Shown: piece by piece, positions 13,104 through 26,059 of the stretch
Numbering within the stretch: position 1 is the first letter of the stretch
How the letters are laid out: each line of letters opens with the position of its first letter
Notes under the pieces: generated by a model
What the model saw: only the letters and a program-made list of their open reading frames with translations
Database searches by the model: none
Told to the model about the DNA's origin: nothing
Assembly (NCBI RefSeq): GCF_009914755.1
Contig: NC_060933.1
DNA from: the human T2T-CHM13v2.0 reference genome, Homo sapiens
DNA length: 64,000 nucleotides
Reading direction: 5' to 3' (one strand)
Made by a program: the position numbers and the translations under genes

Positions 13104-13290
13104 CCAGGAATGGCAAGTAGAATTAGAACCATACGTCAACTCTGATTGATATCTTGAAGTACTGTGTTGGGGAAGAATTCAAAAGCCAGCTCCAGGCACA
13201 CTGGGTAGCGAATGCTATGATTGATTAATCATGCCTTCCATGGGTTAGTTGGTAGAGTGTGAGCACACATGCCATAGCTATTCCTTCATG
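13104..13290. mobile_element. Non-autonomous hAT-type MER nested in a MIR
   Basis: 'caggaatggcaagtag...tgattgattaatcatg...cacatgccatagct' interrupts a MIR core (gatcatcta / tctaaccccttcatttta). Confidence 0.55.
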
Positions 13291-14321
13291 TTTTAATCTA
13301 ACCCCTTCATTTTATGAGTGTAGAAATGGAGTCTTATAGAGGGAAAGTGACGTTTTCAAGGTCACACAATGCATAAGCCACAGAGTGGAGGCCAGAGCAT
13401 GTTCCTGCTGGTTCCTGGTCAAGTTCTCCACCCTTCCATTGTGGAGGAACTCTGATGAAAGAAGGAAAGACACATTGGCAAGATCAAGGAGTTAATGGTT
13501 TGGAGAAGGCAGAAGTCAACTCCACCCCAGTGATAAAGAAGCAAACTCTCACAGATTCCCAAAGATTCTTAATCAGAAAGCTTTAGTCAATCTTAGGAAG
13601 TTATTATCCCTTCTTCTTCTTTCCCAACTCTTGTTTTCCTCCCTTCCCCAGGCAAAGAGATTGTTCTACTGGTCTCAAGTCTTCCCCGAAAAGATTATCT
13701 ACAATTAGTGAACTCTGGGTTCTTTTAATAAGTTTGAACCTTTCTCAGTAAGGGTCTCACACCCTTTCTTTTGACTGTCATACATTAGGATTCCTTGATA
13801 ACTGACTTTGCCTCCTGCCAGAAATCACGGTAGAGTGAAGCAGAACAGAGGGACAAATGACCCCACGAATCCCTCCATGCTCCCATCCATCCCCTTTCAG
13901 CCTCTGCAAACTTCCCTGAATCACCATCACCTACATGACAAAGCCTCCAGTTCTTACCATGGCCTACCACCTGCTGCAGTCTGCTCAGACAACCTTTCCG
14001 GCCTCATCTTTTTCCAATTTTTCCCAAATACCCAACAAGCCTAGACTGGGAAGGACAAAAGGCAGTGAAGCACTGACTCCCACTCCCTCCCCAGACATTA
14101 CCAATGAATCACCAGTAATGTGCATCATTCCTTCTTTGCTTAGACACTGCTTCTAAAAGTTTGTTTTGTGTGACTAGTAATGTTTACCTCAGATATGACA
14201 GTGTAACTCATGGGATCTGGGCTGCTTTGCTTACCCTTCCTGCTTTAGCCACAATATTATCAGCTACTTGGAACACATTTGGCTCATGCCCATCTCCATG
14301 CCTTTAATTATACTTAGTTCC

Positions 14322-14902
14322 CGTGATGGTTAATATTAGGTGTCAACTTGGTTGGATTGAAGGATGCCTACATAGCTGGTAATATATTGTTTCTGGGTGT
14401 GTCTGTGACAGTATTGCCAGAGGAAATTGACATTTGAGTCAAAGGACTGGGAGATAAACACCCACCCTCAATATGGGTGGGCATCATACAATCAGCTGCC
14501 AGAGCAGGTAGAACAAAGTAGGCAGAAGAAGTTGGAATAAGCTGGCTTGCTGAGTCTTCTGGCTTTCATCTTTCTCATGTTCTGGATGCTTCCTACCGTT
14601 CTTCCTGTCCTTGGACATCAGACTCCAGGTTCTTCAGCCTTTGGACTCTGGGACTTACACCAGTGGCTTGCCGGGGGCTCTCAGGCTTTTGGCCACAGAC
14701 TGAAGGCTGCACTGTCAGTTTCCTTGCTTTTGAGGCCTTTGGACTTGGTCTGAGGCACTACTGGCTTCTTTCCTCCACAGCTTGCAGATGGCCTATCTTG
14801 GGACTTTGCCTTGTGATCGTGTGAGCCAATTCTCCCTAATAAACTCCCTTTCATATATACGTATAACCTATTAGTTCTGTCCCTCTGGAGAACCCTAATA
14901 CA
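14322..14902 (+). mobile_element. ERVL solo LTR, MLT2A2-like
   Basis: 'gtgatggttaatattaggtgtcaacttg...ctctggagaaccctaataca'; perfect 5 bp TSD gttcc (14317-14321 / 14903-14907). Confidence 0.92.
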
Positions 14903-15019
14903 GTTCCTTATACACCTTGTTGCCCATGTGATCCCAGGTCACTACCTCTGAGAAGTTGTCCCCAACACTTTCTAAACTGAATGAATCCCAGAGAAAGCTG
15001 CATAGATTATTATCCCGAC

Positions 15020-15460
15020 AGTATAGCAGGAGGATTGAGGGCACAGGCAATGGAGACAGATGGCCTGGGTGCAAAGCCTTCCTCTGCAACCCTCCAGCTT
15101 TGTGATCTTGGGCAAGATACCAAGCCTCTCTGTAATTCCATTTTCTCACCTGAGGAATGGGAGTAACCTAGCACTAACCTAATAAGATTGTGAATACAAA
15201 AAGAATTAATGTGCTCAAAGTATATAATGTATTACATGGCACAGATTGAGCGCTCAGGAAGTGTTTGTTATTATCTAGAGCTTGAAGTTTTGTAACTTAA
15301 TAATGGTGTATCTACCTGTCTTCTACACTGAATTGCAATTTTCTTAAGGTCTGGGATTTGGTCTTAGTCATCTTTGAATTCCCTGCCCACCTAATGCAAT
15401 GTTGGTTACATAGGTGCTGATGAATATTTAATGAATGACTAAATGAATGAATAAATCTGT
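15020..15460 (+). mobile_element. MIR followed by an L2 3' end
   Basis: 'tgtgatcttgggcaagat...ttttctcacctgaggaatggga'; 'taggtgctgatgaatatttaatgaatgac'. Confidence 0.7.
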
Positions 15461-16470
15461 TTGAAGCCTTCCAAAGTCAGAAAGGAGAGTCATTTTCCTC
15501 TGTTCTCTGCTGCTAGTGGCTTATCCTAGTTCAGAAGTACTTGAGTGAAGTGTTCAGTGGCTGTCAGTCTGAGTCAGAAGAGACACAATATCTCAGTGAC
15601 ATCCAACCTTGTGTTTACCTTGCACTTCTTTAATAACCTCTCAGTAACTCAAAAAATTAAAATTCCTTCCTCTCTTGATGTTATCTCTGAGTGGCAAACA
15701 TTGATAGATTTTTTCCCCCACCTTCCCCTTGAGTTTCTAATGAAGCAGAAGCCAGTAGGACTGTTTTATGTACCTATCTGTCTGCACTAATGGTGTCAGC
15801 AGAGACAGGCACACCTGTCCAAAGAGCGTTTGCTTGGGAACCGGTGCAGAATGGCACAGTCAAGGTATACAGTGTCTAGAAGCATACACACAAGGCATCA
15901 ACTTTTTATTATGATTATGGAATTGATGTTGGTGCTGAGAGTATATGTCACTATTGTCTTCTTACAGACACGTTCATTCTTAGACTGCAATCATTCATTC
16001 ATTCACAAATAGGTACTGAAATCTATGATGCAGCCAGAACAACCATGTTGTGCAACTCCAGCTATGATTATTCATATCATAGTCTGTGGAACGATGGAGA
16101 ATGTGCCGCAAGACATGGTAGCCCTACAAGGGTCAGTGCTATATAAGACACAGAAATGAAGAAGGTGCAGGCCCCTCCCCTCAAGGAACTCATAGGCAAG
16201 TAGGAGAGTCAGGTTTGCAAACACATTAATTAGCAATCCATGTGTCCTTGTGGCAGGAGCAGAAATAGAAGCACATTCAGGGTAGAAGGGCATTCCACAG
16301 CCATGCCTAACTGTTTCTAGAAGGGTCAGGGAAGATTTCTTGGAGCTGCCTTGATACCTATTTTAGTTTTGAAAGATACACGGGAATCTGTTAGGCAGAT
16401 TAGAATAGGAAAGCTGGGGTAGGGGTTGTGCCGTTCCAAGAGAAGAAAAGATCATTGGACAAATATATGC

Positions 16471-16692
16471 ATAAGATTGTTGTGAATACAAAAGAATTAA
16501 TGTGCTCAAGGTATATAATGTATTACATGGCACAGATTGAGTGCTCAGGAAGTGTTTGTTATTATCTAGAGCTTGAAGTTTTGTAACTTAATAATGGTGT
16601 ATCTACCTGTCTTCTACACTGAATTGCAATTTTCTTAAGGTCTAGGATTTGATCTTAGTTATCTTTGAATTCCCTGCCCACCTAAATGCAAT
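16471..16692 (+). repeat. Dispersed direct copy (about 220 bp, about 97% identical) of 15182-15400 inserted in an L2
   Basis: Directly alignable; about 5 substitutions and 3 small indels. Confidence 0.95.
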
Positions 16693-17437
16693 AATAAAAG
16701 AGCATAGTCTTTTAGGGGGCAATAAGCCATAATTGCATTATTAGAGCATTAGTTTTGAAGGTCTGTGTGGCAGGGATTGAAGCTAGAGAGGGGGGCAGTT
16801 TCAAGGGACCTTGAATGCCATGGTAAGAAGTCACTGTGGACTTAACAGTGGCTGAGGTGGGAAGTAGGAGTGAGACACAAACACATTTAGAGGAGATGAC
16901 AAGGATCCTTTGCATTTATGTGTCCATTTTTAAACTGTTCTGCACTGAATATCTCATTTTGTTCTATGGCTTAGGACTAGGCTGAATATGACCCAGTTCC
17001 TGGGAGTGAGGTGTGGCCAACCCTAAAAAGAAACCAGGATTCAACCCCTAGCATTATGCAGGTATAGAAAACCTACTATTGCCTGTCTAGTCCAGCAGAG
17101 GAGCATAAGGTTCTACTGGCAGACTGTCAAATAGATAGCAACCCAAACAAACCAGGATTTGATAATATATGAGAGTGGGTAGTGCTCCATGCAAGCAGAA
17201 CACAGACCTGGGAAGTGCAGGCTGGCGTGACTCAGTCTAGGCAGGTGGTGTGCATACAGGAACCCTTTTGGTACTTACTATGTTCCAAAATAGTTCTCTT
17301 TATCCTTCCTTTCAAAACCTTCCTCATCCTTTATTTTCATCACCCGTGTGCTAGTCTATCTTCCCTTCAGTAAGTCTCCTCAAGTCAGGGACCATGTCTG
17401 TCTCATTGACTGCGATGTTCCCAGCCACCTGGCACAT

Positions 17438-17941
17438 AGTGGCTGGCTAAATAATGAACCTACAAAGATATCCACACTCTAATCCATGGAACCTGTGAAT
17501 ATGTCAAAATATTCACGCTGTGAATATGTCTGATGCCTACATGGCAAAAAGGACTTTGCAGATGTGACTAAGAGTCTTGAGATGGAGATTATTCTGGATT
17601 ATCAGGGTAAACTCAATGTGATTTTCATGATCCTTATAAGGGGGAGGCAGAAAGATAAGAGTTAGAGGAGGAGACAGGGCAATGAAAGCAGAGGTTAATG
17701 AAGATAGTGAAAGTGGCCATAAGCCAAAGAATTCAGGGGCCCTCTAGAAGCTCAGAAGACAGGAAAACAGATTCTCCCCTAGAACCTCCATAAGGAATAC
17801 AGCTTTGCCAACAGCTTCATTTTTAGCCATAAGACCCATTTCAGACTTACAAGCTTCAGAACTGTAAGATAATAAACTCGTGTTGTTTTAAGTTACTACG
17901 TTTGTGATGATTTGCTATGACGGTAATAGGAAACTAATACA
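17438..17941 (+). mobile_element. MaLR solo LTR, MLT1D
   Basis: 'catggcaaaaaggactttgcagatgtga', 'gagattattctggattatc', ends 'aggaaactaataca'. Confidence 0.88.
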
Positions 17942-18303
17942 ATGAATGATTTAAGCACTATTCTGAGTTTGGTGAGGGGAGAAATTATAGTGACAGCATG
18001 ATCAGAAACAGGTCTCAGGCTTAAAGGAATGTGGGCAATAATACAAAAAATTAATCTTTATGGTTTGAAGTGTTCTTTTACATATATTATTCGGGGAGTA
18101 TCAAGCTTGAAGATGTCTGCAATGCACACAAAGGCAAATGGCCACATAGCACACACCCCAGATCTTCAAAAACAGCATTTGTTGGGGAAAATTCATGGTG
18201 ACAGGAATAGTAGCAGGCAGGTAGTCTCCCATTTTAAACTGTGCCATAGAACAGCACGCAGCTATCTGGTAGAGCCAAATGTCAGACTCCAGATGTGAGA
18301 CCC

Positions 18304-20590
18304 TCATATGATTTGGCTGTGTCCCCACCCAAATTTCAACTTGAATTGTGTCTCCCATAATTCCCACATGTTGTGGGAGGGACCCAGGGGGAGGTAATTG
18401 AATCATGGAGGCCAGTCTTTGCCATGCTATTCTCATGATAGTGAATAAGTCTCATGAGATCTGATGGATTTATCAGGGTTTTCTGCTTTTGCTTCTCCCT
18501 CATTTTTCTCTTGCCACTGCCATGTAGGAAGTGCCTTTCACCTCCCACCATGATTCTGAGGCTTCCCCAGCCATGTGGAACTTACGTCCCATTAAACCTC
18601 TTTTTCTTCCCAGTCTCAGGTATATCTTTATCAGCAGCATGAAAATGAACTAATACAGTAAATTGGTCCCAGTAGAGTGGGGCATTGCTGAAAAGATAAC
18701 CGAAAATGTGGAAGCAACTTTGGAACTGGGTATCAGGCAGAGGTTGGAACAGTTTGGAGGGCTCAGAAGAAGATGGGAAAATGTGGGAAAGTTTAGAACT
18801 CCCTAGAGGCTTGTTGAACCGCTTTAAGAAAAATGCTGATAGTGATATGAACAATAAGCTCCAGGCTGAGGTGGTCTCAGATGGAGATGAGGAACTTGTT
18901 GGGAACTGGAGCAAAGGTGATTCTTGTTATGTTTTAGCAAAAAGACTGGCAGCATTTTGCCCCTGCCCTAGAGATTTGTGGAACTTTGAACTTGAGAGAG
19001 AAGATTTAGGGTATCTGGCAGATGAAATTTCTAAGCAGCAAAGCACTCAAGAGGTGATTTGGGTGCTGTTAAAAGCATTGCATTTTAAAAGGAAAACAGC
19101 AAAAAAGTTGCGAAAATTTGCAGCCTGACTATGTGATAGAAAAGAAAAACCCATTTTCAGGGGAGAAGTTCAAGCCAGCTGCAGAAATTTACATAAGTAG
19201 CAAGCAGCCTAACGTTAATCCCCAAGACCATGGGGAAAATGTCTCCAGGCCATGTCAGAGACCTTCACTGGAGCCGCTCCCATCACAGGTCTGGAGGCTC
19301 AGGATGAAAAAGTGGTTTCATGGGCTGGGCCCAGGCTCCCCGTGCTGTGTGCAGCCTAGGGACTCAGTGCCCTGTGTCCCAGCTGCTCCAGCCATGGCTG
19401 AAAGGGGCCAATGTACAGCTTAGACTATGGCTTCAGATAGTGGAAGCCCCAAGCCTTGGCAGCTTCTATGTGGTGTTGAGCCTGAGGGTGCACAGAAGTC
19501 AAGAACTGAGGTTTGGGAACCTCTGCCTAGATTTCAGAGGATGTATGGAAACACCTGGATGCCCAGGCAAAAGTTTGCTGCAGGGGCGGGACCCTCATGG
19601 AGAACCTCTGCTAGGGCAGGGTGCAAGGGAAATGTGGGGTTGGAGCCCCCACACAGAGTCCCTACTGGAGTACTGCCTAGCAGAGCTGTGAGAAGAGGCC
19701 CACTGTCCTCCGGACCCCAGAATGGTAGATCCACCGACAGCTTGCACTGTGCACCTGGAAAAGCTACAGACATTCAGTGCCAGCCCATGAAAGCAGCTGG
19801 GAGGCAGGCTGTACCCCGCAAAGCCACAGGAGTGGAGCTGCCCAAGACCATGGGAACACACCTCTTGCATCAGCATGACCTGGATGTGAGAACTGAAGTC
19901 GAAGGAGGTCATTTTGAAGCTTTAAAACTTGACTGCCCCCTGGATTTTGGACTTGCATGGGCCCTGTAACCCCATTGTTTTGGCCAATTTCTCCCATTTG
20001 GAATAGCTATATTTACCCAATATCTGTACCCCCATTGTGTCTAGGAAGTAATTAGCTTGCTTTTGATTTTACAGGCTCATAGGTGGAAGGGACTTGCCTT
20101 GTCTCAGATGAGACTTTGGACTGTGGTGGACTTTGGGGTTAATGTTGAAATGATTTAAGACTTTGGGGTACTGTTGGGAAGGCATGATTTGTTTTGAAAT
20201 GTGAAAACATGAGATTTGGAGGGGCCAGGGGCAGAATGATATGATTTGGCTGTGTCCCCACCCAAATCTCAACTTGAATTGTGTCTCCCAGAATTCCCAC
20301 ATGTTGTGGGAGGGACCCAGGGGGAGTAATTGAATTATGGGAGCCAGTCGTTTCTGTGCTATTCTCTTGGTGGTGAATAAGTCTCATGAGATCTGATGGG
20401 TTTATCACGGGTTTTTGCTTTTGCTTCTTCCTAATTTTTCTCTTGCTGCCACCATGTAAGAAGAGCCTTTCACCTCCCACCATTATTCTAAGGCCTCCCC
20501 AGCCATGTGGAACTGTAGGTCCAATTAAACCTTTTTTTCTTCCCAATCTCAGGTATGTCTTTATCAGCAGCATTAAAACTGACTAATACA
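18304..20590 (+). mobile_element. Full-length THE1A MaLR provirus (5' LTR 18304-18657, internal 18658-20236, 3' LTR 20237-20590)
   Basis: Two about 354 bp LTRs; internal region starts 'gtaaattgg' and ends in a purine tract 'ggaggggccaggggcagaa'; perfect TSD gaccc (18299-18303 / 20591-20595). Confidence 0.96.
18706..19969 (+). pseudogene. Fragmented THE1 internal ORF remnant
   Basis: ORFs 18706-19128, 19118-19423 and 19427-19969 carry typical MaLR-internal peptides (WESLELPRGLLN, EELVGNWSKGDSCY, EPPHRVPTG), broken by a frameshift and a stop. Confidence 0.8.
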
Positions 20591-20904
20591 GACCCCAAGC
20601 CATGGGTTGTGAAATTCTGTGATTGAGAAAACATAGCCTACTTGTGGTGTAGTCATGGGCTGGGACAAAGTGGGCAGATCCACATTTGTGGCTGGAAGGA
20701 GTAACAGCCCACCTCCAGTTGTGACTGGAAATCTCAGACCTTGCAGTTGAGCTGAAGTAACTGACACGTATTAAGCCATAAATGGCTCCCCAGGAACTTT
20801 GCCACCTCCTTCTCTGAGAGGACAGCCTGCAAAGAATTTGTCTTAGACAAGCTTACATATACCTCACAAACAATGAGAAGGCTAGTGCTACATGATCACC
20901 CAGT

Positions 20905-21112
20905 ACAATGATATTCAAACATGTGTCCAGAGACAACATATGCCAGAATTTCCTCAGGAGCTAGCAAGATATCCAGATTACAGGGCCAGTCTTACTGGTC
21001 GGACTAAATCAGACTAGTCCTACTAAATCAGAATCTCTAGGAATGGTGCCTAGGAATATGCATTTTCAACCACCTCCCCAGTGCACTATGTACTAAAATT
21101 TGAAAACCACCT
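20905..21112. mobile_element. MER5A hAT element
   Basis: 'aatcagaatctctaggaatggtgcctaggaatatgcattttcaac...aaatttgaaaaccac'. Confidence 0.75.
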
Positions 21113-22619
21113 ATCAGATTCAAAATTATAATTGAACAGATAGGGAAACTGAGGCCTACAGGAAGAAAAGAACTTTCACGAGATTACATAGAAAGTCAGT
21201 GAAAGAAGACTTGGTCCCAGGCCACCTGAATCTTACAATATAATTTAGGAAGACCAGCCATATCCACAAGGAAAAAACACAATACTGGCGAACTTATGGA
21301 GCATTCAACAATTCCTTGAAAATACTGACATCCATTACCGTAATCATCACAACAACTCTAAAGGATAGGTCTTATTTTCCCCATAATTTTTTCTGATGAA
21401 GAAATAGAGGTTCAATGAAATAAATTAATGAAAGGTAGTCTGATTCTAAACCCAGGCTTCTTTTATTTATAGAGAAGATCAAAGAGGAGACATTCAGTCA
21501 AATGCAGATTATCATGGTATGAGTTGCTGCAAGTGTACATTGGAGGTTCTGTGCAGCAGGAAGGTGACTGGAGCTTTCTAGGGAAGGAAGGGTTACCTAG
21601 AGAAGGCGTATTAGTTAAGGAGAAGTTTTGAACCAGGTCTTGAAAGAAGTTTTCAGGAAGTTTTAAGTTAGCTAAAAGGAGGCATAGATTTCAGGGTCTT
21701 TGCCATAATGAATCCTAAAAAGAGTGACACTAGGGTATTGAAAACATGATTGTAATGTTTCTGGGGAAAAATTAACGGTCTAACTCTGCAGAGGATGGAT
21801 ATTGGTGATTCTGACTTATGTGCACACCGCAGAGCTTCCCTAATCAGCTTTTCCTCTTAGTGCAGCACGGGATGAAGGCTGAGGGCTGAAAATAGTCCAC
21901 TCCAAATTCTTTTGATTGCAAAGTGTTTCAAGAGCAAAGACGTGGGTAACAGGCTAATAAAATCCAGGAACAGTTTGCATTTATGTTTTCCCACAAAGTC
22001 TGTTCCACCCCAAACTTCCCAATAACGGATGCAATGGCCTCCCTGGGGCTCCACCTCCACCGCCCTTTCCAATCAGTTCATTCCAGTGGCATTTGTTGCA
22101 CACCTACTAGCTGACAGCCACTGCAGTCATTACTAACACTGCTTAATTCTCACCTAAACCCGAGAGGTAGGTTTAGACTCAGAAAACCTTGAATATTAGT
22201 TAAGAATTAAAAGTAACAGGTTCAGTCAACATTTCTTGGGTGACTACTATGTGCGAAAACCACATGGGTGGAAGCTCATGTTCTTTCTGTGATATAGACT
22301 CCAAATGATTCCGCACACATAAAAAGTCCCATTTATGAATGAGATGTTATAAATCTCCAGTTTATGCTGATGTTTATCTACAGTCAGTAAGATGGCTTAA
22401 AAGTGATAGCTACAAATTTGAACAAGATCTACTTGATTAGAAAGTGATGTTTTTCTTCTGCTATCACATGCTGCCTTTACTAGTATTCCTAGTCTTGGAG
22501 GAGTGAGGAGGAAAGCTCACGGTCAATAATTAAGTTCACCATGTCATACTAGAAGGTGACAAGTGCTATAACATTGGTACCTACAAGTGTTGTGGATGCT
22601 CAGAGAAGGAAACAGTGCT

Positions 22620-22966
22620 CTGCTGCAGACTTTTGCAACACGATCTTTGCATGTGCCATTCTCTAGAGTCACCAGTGTCCTCTCAAACAGCCCTTTCCTG
22701 ACCTTACCATCTATGTTGGCGGTGTGTTTTTCTCTATTCTTGGGCCCTGTTCCCTTATTTACAGCACTGTTTGCAACTTGTACAAAGTAATTAATTTACC
22801 TGCTTATTGTCTTTCTGCTTCAATAGCATGAATGTTCTACAGGGACAGGAATGTATCTGTCCTGGTCACTATTGTATTAATATCTTCAGAGCTGGCACCA
22901 ATCGATGCTTGATAATTGTTGAACAAAGAAAAGAGTAAATGAATGTATGAATGAATGAATGAATGA
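22620..22966 (+). mobile_element. L2 3' end with (TGAA)n tail
   Basis: 'cagggacaggaatgtatctgtcctggtcactattgta...atgaatgaatgaatga'. Confidence 0.7.
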
Positions 22967-23723
22967 TGACTTAGTCTTCAGAACACACTGCAGCATAAGC
23001 ATTACCATCCCCCTTCCTAAGTGAATAAACAGAAGCTACCAAGATCAAAGAATAGGATAAATGGGGCAGAGGGAAGTCAACGTCAGTTATTCTGGATCTA
23101 GCTCCAGAGTACATCTTATTACATCAAACTACACCCACTTGAATTTACAGCTTCTAGGGACTGCGGATTCACAGATGACTAAGAGAAAGCCCCAGATAAG
23201 GGAAAAGGCAAAAAGACAAAAAGGTACAAAAAGAGAAGCTGAGACTTCTCCCAAAGACAGACACACTTTCGTGACTTTCTGTCTGTGGATGAGTCAGACC
23301 TCATAAAGTAGATATTAATGAATAATAACAAAACCTTATTTATTTAACGTATGACCTGTGTAATGAGAGAGAAAATTTTAATCCTCAGGATTCTGGAGAG
23401 GTGAGAACATTGTGTTCATTTAGAATAAAGCTTTTAATGCAGGGTCTGCAGCAGAAACACAAGTTTTCTGCTACATTGCTGTGCATCAGAGAGAGAAGGG
23501 GCAGGGAAGGAGAGCATAAGAAGAAGGAGCCAAGCGGGTGCCGGAAGCACATGTTCTTTCTGTGATATGATCCTTCCCTAGGACTTCCAAGCCAGCAGTG
23601 CAATCTGTGTCCTACAGCATGCTTAGCACATGTGTATTTCTTACGGAATCCTGTGCAGAAGCAAACCTAACATGAAGCCCAGAAATCGTAGGAGGCCAGT
23701 GGAAAGTATGTATAGTGGTCTAC

Positions 23724-24148
23724 TGGGGTGGGGACTTAGAAATGCCCTGCCCAGATCCCCACTAGAAGAAAGACTTGTTGCTCAGTAGCTGGAGACAGCT
23801 GTCATTAGTTAGCCCTCTCAGGGACTGTTTCAGCTGCAGACCAAGGCCATCCCCTTCCTAGGTGTCCCACATTGAATGCCTAATGGAATCAGGAGTATAA
23901 GGGCCAAATCATCTGGGACCCAGAGTGGAACAGCTCTGAGAGCTCCTTTAGCTGTGAGAATATGCAGGGTCAGCTGAGGCTGTCTGTCACCGGGGCTGCT
24001 TCAAACCTTAATTTCTCTCTCTGCCCAAATTCTGCCTCCTTCCCCAGCCTTGTGCAGGTGTTGTTGATGCCAAGGATACTTCCCAGGAAACATTCTACAT
24101 GCTAACTCTGTCTCAGAATCTGCTTCCTGGGGAACCCAACCTGCAGCA
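23724..24148 (+). mobile_element. ERVL solo LTR, LTR16C-like
   Basis: 'ccctgcccagatcccc' start; ends 'ctcagaatctgcttcctggggaacccaacctgcagca'. Confidence 0.8.
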
Positions 24149-25689
24149 CCAGCAGACCTGGGGATTTCCACTGGCTGTGGAATTAGTGGGATTATAGGCT
24201 AATTATAGTTAAATTTCTCAACATTTACAACTCTGTGGGATAGACATTATAATTCCCATTTAGCAAGTGGGGAAACTGAGGCATTGAATTGTTATCTACC
24301 TCATCTGTAGTTATCATGTAGTAAATATAAGGCCAAGATTTGACCTTAGATGTGATGTAATACCAACCACCTTTTTCACAAAATGTAATAAAAGAGCCCA
24401 CTTCTCTGTTCTCTTTTCTATCAAACCTAGTCTCATAATTCTCCCCCTCCTCTCATTCCCATGGCACATGATTGTTTTTGGTGTTTTGCTTTGTATTTTT
24501 CATTTTTTATGGCTCTCATCACATTGAATATTTATTAACAGTCTGTGTCCCATAATGAACCATGTTCTTTTTGAGTACTAGTGCTATGTTTGACTCATCT
24601 ATATATGCCTACAGAAGAAAAAAAAAAAGAAAAACTAAATAAATGTGAGCTGAATTAAACTAATTCTACATTGATTTATCTCTAATTATGAAATAAAAGC
24701 CTTTGTTCTAACATAAAAGAATCGAGGGTGTGGATAGTTATTTTTCATGGGGGGGGGTTGTGAGAGACCCTTTGATGCTTTTGAAATCAGCCCTATTTCA
24801 CCCTTGTCTGTGGCTATCCCTGATGCAAAAGCCAACAGGATGAAGATAACAAATGCATTTTTTAGGCCTCTCTCTGAAAATTAAGGCCCAAGGGGGTAAA
24901 AAAACAAAACAAAACAAAACAAAGAGACAAAAGCAAATATCATTTAGAAATTTGACAACAAAACTTTAAATTAAGAAATTAAATGGAGGAAAAGAAATTA
25001 AATGGCGTAGGAGATCCTACCAATAGATTCCAGAGCTGCAAAACGGCATCTCTCTCTCTTGTTCTTCTGCAAACAATTCTGAGTGTAAATGTATTTTTGG
25101 CACAAATGGCTCTGCCCTAAGATTCTTGATTATAATTATAATAATGGGTTTCTGAAAGCCTGCAAGTGGTTCTGGGAATGATAATAAGGATTGAGAAAAG
25201 ACATGTTGTTTATGTGGTGAGTGTTTGTGGAATATTAAATGAGGGTTGGGAGAAAAGCTCATGTTATACTTTCCACAAACTCCAAAATACATAATTACAC
25301 CCAAGAAGCCCATCACTGCCTGCCTCTCCTCCAAGCACACACTTACCATCAATCCCATTACCCTGAGAGTCTGGGACTGCAGCAGAGTTAGGGAAGAAGG
25401 CATTATTCCGTGGTTTTCATTGCAGAGTGATTCATCTTCTATAACAACTCCTAGCTTTTCCATCATGGAAGGGAGCACCCTAAACTACAAGGCTATGAAA
25501 GGCTGGCCCTAGCCCCAGTTCCTTCCCTCACCTACAGTTAGTTCTTAGCAAATTATTCAGAGCCCCTGAGCCACCTTCCTTTAGCCTCAACCCTGATGTG
25601 GATCATTTAAGTGATCATTTAAATGATGACCAACTGCCCTTTCTTATTTTGTAAGCTCCTTGAGAACATGGGACCTAATTCGTTGTTTT

Positions 25690-25875
25690 GTCTTAAATTG
25701 TGATAAAACACAAAACATAACGTTTAGTACTAAACTGTACAATGGTGTTAAGTACATTCACAATGTTGTGCAATCTTCACCACTAGCTGGTTCCGGAACT
25801 TTATCATCATCCCACAGGTAACTCATATCCATTAAGCAATCATTCTCCATTCCTCCTTTTTCTCCAGCCCCTGGA
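25690..25875 (-). mobile_element. L1MB-type 3' UTR fragment
   Basis: 'taagtacattcacaatgttgtgcaatcttcaccac...ccattaagcaatcattctccattcctcc'. Confidence 0.8.
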
Positions 25876-26059
25876 AGATCCATTGTCTTTAACTATTACA
25901 GTGTCTACTCCTGCCTTGTAAATAGTAGGTCCTGATTAATATTTATTAAATCTAATAATTGCCCACTTAACTAATTAACAATGTCTGCTCTGCCTGCTTC
26001 AATGGTTTTTATAGTGTAGGCTGATTATTGTAAAATTACTTTATAGGATAATAGTGGGG

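Noticed and set aside
20494-20506. PRDM9 hotspot motif in the THE1A LTRs
   Set aside because: The 3' LTR has CCTCCCCAGCCAT and the 5' LTR has CTTCCCCAGCCAT; neither matches the hot CCTCCCTAGCCAC version.
25017-25478. 153 aa ORF in unique DNA
   Set aside because: No recognisable motif or splice context, and within the length expected by chance.
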